Shown here one piece after another: positions 31,595-40,424 of a DNA stretch of 45,720 bases. The position numbers were made by a program, and so were the translations under genes. Within the stretch, counting starts at the first letter, position 1, and each line of letters begins with the position of its first letter. The notes beneath the pieces are model-generated. The model had not been told where the DNA came from. It searched no databases and saw nothing but the letters and a program-made list of their open reading frames with translations. Source of the stretch: Eubacteriales bacterium (GTDB lineage: Bacteria > Bacillota > Clostridia > Oscillospirales > CAG-272). The stretch covers positions 1-45,720 of the forward strand of contig JAZNOK010000135.1 in NCBI GenBank assembly GCA_045580775.1. The letters are read 5' to 3'.

Positions 31595-34051
31595 ATGATC
31601 ACGGACATAAAAAACAACGAAATAATACTGACATTGGACGAGCTTCTCTCCTTTTCCTTTCCCTGCGGTTCTCTTGTCAGGGAGAAGGATTTTTTTGAAA
31701 AGCCACGGCTCGCACAGTCGATGTGTGAGCAAATGGCAGAAGATGATCAATACATGCTCTCTCATTCCTTCTCTGCTTTGTATGAATACGGTGGATACAG
31801 CTACAATATTACTGCTACCCCGGATCTGTGTGCTATTCATAACAGCACAGTGGAGCTAATCAATGTACGTGCCAGCGGCGGAAAGCGTAACGCCGCACCT
31901 TCCCTGATGGATATGTGGGAAAGAGCAGTTTGTTGTACTACGGCTATATGTGCAGATTCCGTCGGCATAACACAAGCAACCGGGAAACTTATATACTCCT
32001 TTGACTCGCATATACAGCCGGACGAGATAATGTATGCTGAATGCTATGAAAAAGCAAGAAGCGTACTTGATAATACAATAAAAAAAGCCGCAAGACTGAT
32101 AAATTTCCATATTCAAAGAAAAACTCTACGTATGCCGGCGGCCCACGATGCACTTTTTCCTTTTGACTCAAAGCGAGCAGGACAGAGTGACTTTATGACT
32201 TCTGTACTGCTCGCATGTAAAAACGGAACAAAGCTGTTATGCGAAGCTCCTACCGGAATAGGAAAAACAATGTCGGCACTGTTCCCATCGGTAAAGGCAT
32301 TCGGGCATGGTTTTGTAGATAAGATATTCTACCTCACACCAAAAACCACAGCACAGTATGCAGCTGAAAATGCAGCGAAAACCATATTCCCAAAAGGTGA
32401 CGGCATACGCACCATAATCCTATCAGCTAAGGATAAAATGTGTCTTCTGAGCTCCCCAAACGAAGCTAACACACCAACACCTGAAAACGAGGGCAGAAGT
32501 GCAAGAGAGCAAAGCAAGTGTGAAAAGTGCGATGCGGCATTTGACTATTACAGCCGTAGAAACGATGCGTTATACGAGCTGTTATCATCTCATACATATC
32601 TCACACCTGATCTGATCAAGCAAACAGCAAAAAAGCATTCACTGTGCCCATACGAGCTTTCCCTCGATGCAAGCGAATACTGCGACCTTGTGATATGTGA
32701 CTATAACTATCTCTTTGACTGCAGAGTATACCTGCGGCGTTACTTTGATCCGTTCCGCGAAGCAACATCAACCGCCAAGCGTTTTCTGCCGTCGTATGCT
32801 GTTTTGATAGATGAGGTACACAATCTCCCCGACAGAGCAAGAAACATGTACTCACATACTCTCAGAACCCAAACTCTGCAAAAACTACTTCCTGAATTCG
32901 GCATGACAGAGCTTGAAAAGAAGGCACAAGATATACTGGAGCAAATGCTTTCACAAATCAAAAAGTATTCAAAGGCATGTGATGAAAATGAACAGCTAAA
33001 CGAACGCGGTGAAACTTACGGATGGTGCGTAGAGAGCACAGTAGATGAAAACATACTGCTGTCATGCTCGGAGTTCACGGAATGCTACGAAAGTATTAAA
33101 CGTGCTGACATCGTTACTCCGTCGGCTGCCGTAACCGATTTGTATTTTAACCTTAAAGACCTGATCAAAAAAAGCGAGTACTTCTCTGACAAATTCAAGG
33201 TGCTCTGCGAAAAGACACAAGCGAACATAACCTATAGAATAATGTGTCTGGATCCATCTGAGATCCTCGAAGAAAAGTGTTCAATGGCAAAGTCAACCGT
33301 TATGTTCTCAGCTACAGTATCTCCGTCTGAGTATTATATGAAAACACTCGGAATGAACCGCGGCTCAGATTACATGTCTATTCCCTCTCCGTATGACCGT
33401 GAAAACTTCTCGATCACGGTGTTTGATACTTTGAGCACCCGATACAAAGACAGAAGCGACACTCTATATGCTCTGTCGCAGATCGTCAATACCGCAATAA
33501 ATGCAAAACGCGGTAACTACATGATATTCTTCCCTTCCTACAAGTACATGGAAGAGGCACACGGATTTTTCACCGTTATGTATCCTAATGTCAACACTCT
33601 TATTCAGAGAAAGGGCATGACAGACCAACAAAAGGCGGAATTCGTCTCAAAATTCGACGAAAACAACCACGAGTCTCTTGTCGGTTTTTGTGTCCTTGGA
33701 GGAGTATATGCTGAAGGTATCGACCTTGTAGGCGAAAAGCTGATCGGGGCTGTGATAGTGGGAGTAGGAATGCCAAGACTCTCAAACGAAAGAAACCTGC
33801 TTGCCGAACACTACAGCGATACTGACATAGACGGCTCAATGTATTCTTACGTTTACCCCGGAATGACTCGAGTAATGCAGGCGGTTGGGCGTGTTATACG
33901 AACCGAAAATGACAAGGGGATAGCTATACTGATAGACGACCGCTTTGCCACACCTGTATACAAATCACTGTTCCCTCAGCACTGGAGGCATGCAAAATTT
34001 GTCTCCGAACCGAAAACTCTGTCAAAAATACTTGATAAGTTTTGGAAATGA
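31595..34051 (+). CDS. Rad3/XPD/DinG-family Fe-S DNA helicase with a ~190-aa N-terminal extension of unassigned function
   Basis: Walker A EAPTGIGKTMSAL. DEAH-type box IDEVHNL. Four-Cys Fe-S insertion (KMC...KCEKC...LCPY). C-terminal helicase motifs (MFSATVSP, GVYAEGIDL, QAVGRVIR). Confidence 0.8.
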   Translation: MITDIKNNEIILTLDELLSFSFPCGSLVREKDFFEKPRLAQSMCEQMAEDDQYMLSHSFSALYEYGGYSYNITATPDLCAIHNSTVELINVRASGGKRNAAPSLMDMWERAVCCTTAICADSVGITQATGKLIYSFDSHIQPDEIMYAECYEKARSVLDNTIKKAARLINFHIQRKTLRMPAAHDALFPFDSKRAGQSDFMTSVLLACKNGTKLLCEAPTGIGKTMSALFPSVKAFGHGFVDKIFYLTPKTTAQYAAENAAKTIFPKGDGIRTIILSAKDKMCLLSSPNEANTPTPENEGRSAREQSKCEKCDAAFDYYSRRNDALYELLSSHTYLTPDLIKQTAKKHSLCPYELSLDASEYCDLVICDYNYLFDCRVYLRRYFDPFREATSTAKRFLPSYAVLIDEVHNLPDRARNMYSHTLRTQTLQKLLPEFGMTELEKKAQDILEQMLSQIKKYSKACDENEQLNERGETYGWCVESTVDENILLSCSEFTECYESIKRADIVTPSAAVTDLYFNLKDLIKKSEYFSDKFKVLCEKTQANITYRIMCLDPSEILEEKCSMAKSTVMFSATVSPSEYYMKTLGMNRGSDYMSIPSPYDRENFSITVFDTLSTRYKDRSDTLYALSQIVNTAINAKRGNYMIFFPSYKYMEEAHGFFTVMYPNVNTLIQRKGMTDQQKAEFVSKFDENNHESLVGFCVLGGVYAEGIDLVGEKLIGAVIVGVGMPRLSNERNLLAEHYSDTDIDGSMYSYVYPGMTRVMQAVGRVIRTENDKGIAILIDDRFATPVYKSLFPQHWRHAKFVSEPKTLSKILDKFWK

Positions 34052-34143
34052 TCAAAAAAGCATTTGGCTTTGCCTACGTCATTGTATGATCATAGCGAAG
34101 GTTTTTACCCTAAAACAACCAAAAAGCAAAAACACAAATCTAT

Positions 34144-34188
34144 AAACTAAGAAAATGAGCCGACGTGATCGGCTCATTTTCTTAGTTT
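34144..34188. terminator. Bidirectional terminator with a 19-bp perfect stem. Its right arm overlaps the last codons of the convergent gene.
   Basis: AAACTAAGAAAATGAGCCG (34144-34162), loop ACGTGAT, CGGCTCATTTTCTTAGTTT (34170-34188). Confidence 0.8.
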
Positions 34189-34674
34189 ATTCAAATACTC
34201 TTGAGACTCTTTTCTGGAAGAAAACACAATGATATTCTTTTGGTAATACTTTTCCAACAATTCTACTACACCGGGACGAGTATCGGTATTGTAGCGTTCG
34301 ACAAACAATATAAAATCCGGGTCTATCTCTTCTTCAGGCTCTATCCACGGTAGGTCAGAACGCGGTTTGCCTCGTCTGCTTTTTATACCTTCCAGGCACA
34401 CCTCTGTCGGAAGATCAAAGAAAAACACAGTATCGCACAAGGACATTCTTAACTCCATTGTAGAATTGTAATTACCGTCTATGATCCAAGCATCTCCGTC
34501 CAATACTTTTCTCAATCCGGAAATAAAAATATCTTTGCTCACATGTGTTCTATCTTTATTCCAGTAGATATTATCCAGATGAGTAACCGGTATATCGGTA
34601 AGTTTGCAAAGCTCTCTTGAAAAGAAACTCTTCCCTGCTCCGGGGCAACCGATGACTATTATCTTTTTCATCAT
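34174..34674 (-). CDS. P-loop NTPase, adenylate-kinase/topology-modulation-protein-like
   Basis: MMKKIIVIGCPGAGKSFFSREL Walker A. 166 aa. Confidence 0.65.
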   Translation of the reverse strand: MMKKIIVIGCPGAGKSFFSRELCKLTDIPVTHLDNIYWNKDRTHVSKDIFISGLRKVLDGDAWIIDGNYNSTMELRMSLCDTVFFFDLPTEVCLEGIKSRRGKPRSDLPWIEPEEEIDPDFILFVERYNTDTRPGVVELLEKYYQKNIIVFSSRKESQEYLNKLRK

Positions 34675-35150
34675 TTCATCTGAACATCTGCAAATTCTGC
34701 ACGTGTGACCCTGGCAAGGTCTAACGGGGAGAGGAATATTTGTGCACCTATTCTGCCGCCGCTGATAATAATTTCATTCTGATCTTTTGCAGTAATATCA
34801 ATAATAGTCTTGAACTGTTTCTTCATTCCGATCGAGGTACATCCACCTCTGATATACCCTGTCAGAGGTAACAGCTCTTTTACATGGATCATCTCAACAG
34901 ACTTTTCTCCGAACGCACGAGCTGCCGCCTTCAGATCTATTTCTCTGTGTATCTGTATAACACACACGTAATATGCGTTGCTTTTTCCTCTGAGCACAAG
35001 AGTCTTATATGACTGCTCATATTCCTGTGCCAACATGTCTGCTATGCTCACACCGTCAACAAATTCGTCACATTCATAAAGATTAACTCTGTAGCTTATC
35101 TTCTCTCTGTCGAGTATCCTCATTGCATTAGTTTTTGTATCTTTAGCCAT
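34671..35150 (-). CDS. ybaK: Cys-tRNA(Pro)/Cys-tRNA(Cys) deacylase YbaK
   Basis: 159 aa. N-terminal TNAMRILD..KI.Y and C-terminal GGCTSIGMKK...ISGG.IG blocks typical of YbaK. Confidence 0.8.
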   Translation of the reverse strand: MAKDTKTNAMRILDREKISYRVNLYECDEFVDGVSIADMLAQEYEQSYKTLVLRGKSNAYYVCVIQIHREIDLKAAARAFGEKSVEMIHVKELLPLTGYIRGGCTSIGMKKQFKTIIDITAKDQNEIIISGGRIGAQIFLSPLDLARVTRAEFADVQMK

Positions 35151-35174
35151 AACTATATCCTTTTGTAATAATTT

Positions 35175-35960
35175 TTATCCGAACACCTCAGCCGCCGCAA
35201 CGATCCTGAGCAACCCAGCATCTATAGCTTCCCTTCCGTAAGCGTCAAAAAACCTGTCTGTATATTTATCAGTCTTCAGGTTGAACAAAAGAGTCCACGC
35301 ACCCCAAAACAGATCAATATGCCTGTCCCCTACACCGCCATTTCCGACATCTATAAAAGCCGAGAGCTTCCAATCATCGAGAATGATGTTCGGCAGGCAA
35401 TAATCTCCGTGTATCAAAACCTCGGAACGCAGACCGTCCTTTCCGTCACAAAAAACGCGGTATGCTTCTTCGGCTGTTTTATAACCGAAGCTATTATCAA
35501 ACAGGCTCTTATCGTAGTTGCCCGTCCTATAGTTTTCTTCAACGGTGGCTTTATATATCTCGGTTCTGTTCAGGATGGGACAACCGCCATAGTCTCTTTG
35601 GTGCAGCCGGCGTAAATACTCACCCAAAAGAACAGACAGTCTCCGAGGATCATCAATATACTCTGCATGGGTGCAATCCTCACCGGGTGCCCTGCGGCAC
35701 AGCAGCCAATCATGGTCGGTACAAATATAGTCAAGCACTTCAACTCCGATTCCTATTTGATGATAGTATCGGGTCATCTGTGCCTCTGTGTAAAGTATAC
35801 CAGGAGGAGCTTTTTTGAGGTAATAACCGTTATCACAGTCAAGATAATATACCCGAGCCTCAGGAGAAGATGAGCTATCATATATGTCAGAGCCGACTAT
35901 AAGAGAACGAATTTTGTCAGGAACTCCCTTTGGAATATGCGAAAGTAATGTTCTTTTCAT
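35175..35960 (-). CDS. Aminoglycoside 3'-phosphotransferase-like kinase (APH(3') family)
   Basis: Catalytic and Mg-binding blocks LIHGDYCLPNIILD and FIDVGNGGVGDRHIDLFW. ATG 35960 is preceded by GGGTGA. Confidence 0.75.
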   Translation of the reverse strand: MKRTLLSHIPKGVPDKIRSLIVGSDIYDSSSSPEARVYYLDCDNGYYLKKAPPGILYTEAQMTRYYHQIGIGVEVLDYICTDHDWLLCRRAPGEDCTHAEYIDDPRRLSVLLGEYLRRLHQRDYGGCPILNRTEIYKATVEENYRTGNYDKSLFDNSFGYKTAEEAYRVFCDGKDGLRSEVLIHGDYCLPNIILDDWKLSAFIDVGNGGVGDRHIDLFWGAWTLLFNLKTDKYTDRFFDAYGREAIDAGLLRIVAAAEVFG

Positions 35961-35980
35961 TTTTTCACCCGGTATTGTTA

Positions 35981-36172
35981 TTATTGCTCTGATGAACAAT
36001 GCATACTAAAACAGCTTCCGACACCGATCATATAAAAGCCGAAAAAGGACGGAATTAGTCTCTTATACACAAAACCTTCGATATCATATTTGCTGTTTGA
36101 AGCTACATGCATAGCAACGATCCCTACACACGCAACAGCTCTCAACCAATCTATACCGTGATGCTTATTTAT
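35981..36172 (-). pseudogene. Remnant of an acyltransferase-3-family gene (N-terminal ~63 codons only, no proper start)
   Basis: The open minus-strand frame reads INKHHGIDWLRAVACVGIVAMHVASN...SSEQ-stop. The IDWLRAVA...V..H block matches the conserved N-terminus of membrane O-acyltransferases (family 3). The frame is closed by TGA immediately upstream and stops 21 nt before the APH start. Confidence 0.35.
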
Positions 36173-36237
36173 TCAAGTCCCTCTTCAGTATGAATTATCA
36201 GTACTGTATCGTGATATATGTGTCCACAAACGGCATG

Positions 36238-37674
36238 CTATATCCTGGTAAGGCATACAACGCTCTCAACATGACCGGTTCTCGGAAAAAGATCAAACGG
36301 AGTAACACTCGACATCTGATACCCGTTATTTCTAAAGTATACACAGTCTCTGGCCAAAGTGTCAGGATTGCAGGATATATAAACGACGCGGAGGGGGTGC
36401 TTGTTACAAACGTAATCAATCAACTTTTTGCTGGAACCTTTTCTGGGAGGATCAAATATTACTACAGCATCCTCGAGCGACTCAGTAATACCTGCACTTT
36501 CAAAAAGATCGTCTGTAGTTGATGCATCGGCACAAAAGAACTGTGCATTCTCTATTCCGCATACTTCAGCGTTTCTTTTTGCACATTCGATAGCAGAAGG
36601 TTCTATGTCTACCCCTACGATCCTGGCAGCTCTTTTATGCATTGAAAGCCCGATGCTTCCTATTCCGCAGTAAAGATCGTAGACGGTTTCCTTGCCTGTA
36701 AGAGATGCCAGCTCTGAGGCTTTTTTGTACAATAGCTCCGTCATATCGTGGTTGACCTGATAAAACGCCGCCGGAGCTATCTCAAGTCTGACATTACAAA
36801 GTATATCGACTATATATCCGTCACCAAAGAGAGTTCTGTACTCTCCGCCAAGCACAACATTGGTGTTGTCTCGATTGACATTCAGCATCAAGGTGCTGAC
36901 TTCAGGCAAATTACGAGAAACAAAATTGACAAGCTCCTCATCATGACCGGTAGTATTGCCGTTCAAAACAAGACATAACATTATGCTCAAGCCATCAGCG
37001 GAAGTCCTAAGATACAGGTGTCTTAAAAGACCGCATCCGCTTTGCTCATCATAAACAGACAAGGAATGTGCCGAAAAGAATTCCTTCATTTTCATACAGA
37101 TCTTTTTGAACACAGGTGGCTGCAGAGTGCATTCGTCAGCACTAATGACTCTATGAGTTTTTGAAGCGTAAAAGCCAATTATATAATTGCCGTCAATACA
37201 TGCTATAGGGTACTGTGCTTTGTTTCTATATCCGCAGAGCTTCATGTTTGAGACGGTATCGTTTATACATGCGTCTCTTATACCTGCTTTTAAAAACGCT
37301 CCCTTAACATATCCTCCTTTGATCTTAAGCTCATGAGAATATTCGATGAATTGATAAGAGCATCCGCCGCACTTACCTGCACTGTTACAGCCGGGAGCAC
37401 ACCTATGCTCAGAAGGAGAAATCATCCTTTCTATCCGACCTACACAATAATTTTTGTTCACCTTGATGATTCTTACGTCGCATTCATCTCCATCGACAGC
37501 ACCAAAAACGAAGACAGTCATTTTATCATGTTTACCTACTCCATAGCCAAGATTGTTTATATCGGTTATCTTCAGCCTGAGTATTTCGTTTTTCTTAAAG
37601 CTCACAGCATCACATCCTGTCTTGTCATAAGTGTTTACATCGAACATAACAAACGCCCTTGAATATCTTTCCAT
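36238..37674 (-). CDS. rlmD: 23S rRNA (uracil-C5)-methyltransferase RlmD/RumA family (TRAM plus Fe-S plus SAM MTase)
   Basis: TRAM-like N-terminus, Cys cluster CAPGCNSAGKCGGCSYQ, SAM motif DLYCGIGSIG, FDPPRKG, YISCNP. The true start may be the ATG at 37647 (MFDV..). Confidence 0.85.
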   Translation of the reverse strand: MERYSRAFVMFDVNTYDKTGCDAVSFKKNEILRLKITDINNLGYGVGKHDKMTVFVFGAVDGDECDVRIIKVNKNYCVGRIERMISPSEHRCAPGCNSAGKCGGCSYQFIEYSHELKIKGGYVKGAFLKAGIRDACINDTVSNMKLCGYRNKAQYPIACIDGNYIIGFYASKTHRVISADECTLQPPVFKKICMKMKEFFSAHSLSVYDEQSGCGLLRHLYLRTSADGLSIMLCLVLNGNTTGHDEELVNFVSRNLPEVSTLMLNVNRDNTNVVLGGEYRTLFGDGYIVDILCNVRLEIAPAAFYQVNHDMTELLYKKASELASLTGKETVYDLYCGIGSIGLSMHKRAARIVGVDIEPSAIECAKRNAEVCGIENAQFFCADASTTDDLFESAGITESLEDAVVIFDPPRKGSSKKLIDYVCNKHPLRVVYISCNPDTLARDCVYFRNNGYQMSSVTPFDLFPRTGHVESVVCLTRI

Positions 37675-37868
37675 TCGATTTGGTCAGAGTTTCATGGGGG
37701 TATTCGTGAGTTTATTATAACACAACACGTCAGATATGTCCACAACATTTTTATCAAGGATCCAATATTGTTTATTACATGATATATAAATTCGTTATTA
37801 CATCAATGCAGAGCATGTAAAACAATAGATACATACTAAAAATGTTCATGACGAGGTAATTATTGTTG

Positions 37869-37897
37869 TTGACAATTCTGTGCTGGTCTGTTATAAT
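37869..37897 (+). promoter_or_regulatory. Consensus promoter of the cpsBCD-like operon
   Basis: TTGACA (37869-37874), 17 nt, TATAAT (37892-37897). Confidence 0.75.
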
Positions 37898-37953
37898 TGA
37901 TTAGTAAAGTTAATCCAACTAACTACATGCTCTCGATACTGGAGTAAGAAAAA

Positions 37954-38676
37954 ATGTTTTGTGATATTCATTGCCACATCCTTTACGGAACCGATGACGG
38001 CCCGTCAACAAAAGCAGACATGTTGCGGATGTTGGAACGCTCCTACAATGACGGAGTAAGGGATCTGTGTGCAACGCCGCACTTCAACTTTGACTTTTAC
38101 GGTAATAACACTAAGGAGGCAGAGTATGCTTTTTCTGAGCTGTTAATAGCCGTAAAAAGCAAATATCCTGACATGACCTTATACCAAGGTAACGAAATTT
38201 TCTATCACGATGCATGTACCGATTATTTGAAAAGCGGCATCTGCCGGTCAATTAACTCGGGAAAATATGTTCTGGTCGACTTTTCTTCTTCCGAGGACAA
38301 GTTCGCAATTTTATCGGCTATGAAAAAGCTGATAAGCTACGGTTATTTGCCGATACTTGCTCATGCAGAAAGATACAGATCTTTTGGTTTTTCCGTTTCT
38401 ACTATCAGAGCACTAAAGGACATGGGGATCTTAATTCAGATAAACGCCCCGTCTGTCATCGGGAAAAACGGAATACGTCAGATGCATATTGCTCGGAGAG
38501 CCATAGCAGAGGGGCTTTGCGATCTGATCGCAACAGATTCACATAACACCTCTGACAGGTGTAGCTGTATGACAGAAGCTGCCTCATATATCGAAAAAAG
38601 ATACGGCTCTGCTGTATGCAGAAAGCTCACTCATACCACTCCCAAGATGATACTAAAAAATCAACGCACAAAATGA
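37954..38676 (+). CDS. PHP-family protein-tyrosine phosphatase (CpsB/YwqE type)
   Basis: MFCDIHCHILYGTDDGP N-terminus, with later H/D metal ligands (ATPHF, LAHAERY, ATDSHN). Confidence 0.85.
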   Translation: MFCDIHCHILYGTDDGPSTKADMLRMLERSYNDGVRDLCATPHFNFDFYGNNTKEAEYAFSELLIAVKSKYPDMTLYQGNEIFYHDACTDYLKSGICRSINSGKYVLVDFSSSEDKFAILSAMKKLISYGYLPILAHAERYRSFGFSVSTIRALKDMGILIQINAPSVIGKNGIRQMHIARRAIAEGLCDLIATDSHNTSDRCSCMTEAASYIEKRYGSAVCRKLTHTTPKMILKNQRTK

Positions 38677-38692
38677 CAAAAGAGGACACATT

Positions 38693-39559
38693 ATGGAAAA
38701 GCAGAATTTTGAAGTAAAAATAACTCTCGCGGATCTTGTTAGGATATTCGTATGGCGTTTATGGGTAATTATACTTGTAGCCGCAGTAGTCGGAGGATGT
38801 GCGTTTGCATACTTCAGCTACACGTATGAACCTATCTACAAGTCCATATCCAGAATTTACATATTGAGACAAAACGCAGACTATAACGATACAGCACAAG
38901 GATATGCACAGAGTCTTAATGCGGCTCTTACCACCGTCAATGACTGTAAAATGATAGTCAAGACAGAAACGACAATGCAGAAGGTCATCGACTCCACAGG
39001 TCTTGACTACTCTTCTTCAAGACTCCTGTCCAAAGTGTCTCTTTCGAGCTCCGATGACAGCCGTATCGTTCTTATTACCGCGACTGCATCCGACCCTGCT
39101 ACTGCCAAGCTTATAGCAGATACTGTGGCTGTAAAGGGTGTCGAAAGGATCAAAGAGGTAATGGGATTCGATCAGGCAAGTATAATGGAAGAAGGCAGAC
39201 TGCCATCCTCTCCCGCAAATTCACGTTTCTCTGCAAAGATCCCTTTGATCACCGTTATAGCAGCATTTCTTGTTTATGTATTTTATCTGATAAAGTTCCT
39301 CAGTAATGACAAGATCAGCGAGCCCGAGGAAATTACAGATTATCTCGGTCTTACCGTGCTCGGTGTTCTTCCTAATGAAGATGAAGCTTCCGGAAAGAAG
39401 AAGTATAAAGGCTACGGCTCCTATTATAAATACAAAAAATACGGCAAGTCACACCAGTACGGCACTCCCGCTGATACTAACGTAAATACAACCGATACAC
39501 AAAACGCATCTGACGCGTCAAAGAAAAAATCAAAAAAGGAAAAAGGTGAAATAAAGTGA
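38693..39559 (+). CDS. Wzz/CpsC-type chain-length/BY-kinase transmembrane modulator with a Tyr/Lys-rich C-terminal tail
   Basis: N-terminal TM (WVIILVAAVVGGCAFAYF), an extracytoplasmic loop, a second TM (LITVIAAFLVYVFYLI), then LGVLPNEDE and the tail KKKYKGYGSYYKYKKYGKSHQYG. Confidence 0.75.
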   Translation: MEKQNFEVKITLADLVRIFVWRLWVIILVAAVVGGCAFAYFSYTYEPIYKSISRIYILRQNADYNDTAQGYAQSLNAALTTVNDCKMIVKTETTMQKVIDSTGLDYSSSRLLSKVSLSSSDDSRIVLITATASDPATAKLIADTVAVKGVERIKEVMGFDQASIMEEGRLPSSPANSRFSAKIPLITVIAAFLVYVFYLIKFLSNDKISEPEEITDYLGLTVLGVLPNEDEASGKKKYKGYGSYYKYKKYGKSHQYGTPADTNVNTTDTQNASDASKKKSKKEKGEIK

Positions 39560-40266
39560 AAAAAATAGACATACTCTTTAGAAATAACAGCTATTTCACC
39601 AGAGAAGCGTACAAGACACTTAGAACGAACATTAGCTTCTGCGGGGATGATATAAGAACGATCTGTATCACAAGCTGTGAGCAGAACGAGGGAAAAAGTA
39701 CTATTTCACTCGAGCTCTCCAAGAGCCTGGCTGAGATAAACAAGAGAGTTTTGCTCATAGATGCAGACCTCAGAAAGAGCGTAATGCTCTCTAAAAACAC
39801 CAACGAATCAAACCTCAGCGGTTTAAGCCAGTTTCTAGCAGGACACGTAGAGCTGTCTGAGGTCGTGTATAATACACAGATACCTAACTTTGACGTTATA
39901 TTCTCAGGTCAGTATCCTCCAAACCCCAGCGAGCTGCTCAATTCAAAACGCTTCAAAGAGCTGCTGGAAGTAGCGAAAGCAAACTACGATTATGTCATTA
40001 TTGATACACCTCCTCTGGGTCTGGTAATTGATGCGGCAGTCGTAGCTGAGATCTGTGACGGTGCTATCATCGTAATCGCTAAGGATATTGTAAAGATCTC
40101 GAGAGCAAAATCAGTAAAAGAACAAATTGAAAAGAGCGGCTGTAAGATACTGGGAACAATTCTCAATGAAGTCTCTCATAAAAAGCGTTCGATCGGAGAC
40201 GGATATTACTACAGAAAAAGCAAGTATTACAAATATTCAAAATACGATAAGTATTCTCATTATTGA
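39556..40266 (+). CDS. BY-kinase catalytic subunit (CpsD/YwqD type) with a C-terminal tyrosine cluster
   Basis: GTG start overlapping the upstream stop (GTGA). Walker A SCEQNEGKST, Walker A' LLIDADLRK, Walker B VIIDTPP. C-terminal GDGYYYRKSKYYKYSKYDKYSHY. Confidence 0.85.
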   Translation: MKKIDILFRNNSYFTREAYKTLRTNISFCGDDIRTICITSCEQNEGKSTISLELSKSLAEINKRVLLIDADLRKSVMLSKNTNESNLSGLSQFLAGHVELSEVVYNTQIPNFDVIFSGQYPPNPSELLNSKRFKELLEVAKANYDYVIIDTPPLGLVIDAAVVAEICDGAIIVIAKDIVKISRAKSVKEQIEKSGCKILGTILNEVSHKKRSIGDGYYYRKSKYYKYSKYDKYSHY

Positions 40267-40360
40267 TCCGACACGGAAGAACAAAAAAACGGTTGATACT
40301 GCTCGGTGTATGCAAAAATCGTAATATGGCAGAACAAAACAACTAAAATCAAATGCAAAC

Positions 40361-40411
40361 AAAAAGCATCCTTTTTGCGAAGATATACTCTCCGCAAAAA
40401 GGATGCTTTTT
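40361..40411. terminator. Bidirectional terminator between cpsD-like and DUF4867-like genes
   Basis: AAAAAGCATCCTTTTTGCG (40361-40379), loop of 13 nt, CGCAAAAAGGATGCTTTTT (40393-40411). Confidence 0.85.
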
Positions 40412-40424
40412 TATCCTATGGATT

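Noticed and set aside
30761-36237. A genomic island integrated at the tRNA-Met/tRNA-Glu locus (small membrane protein, helicase, NTPase, ybaK, APH).
   Set aside because: I found no integrase or recombinase and no direct repeat of a tRNA 3' end by eye. Gene orientation and promoters look like ordinary chromosomal units. This remains only a weak possibility, testable by comparative genomics.
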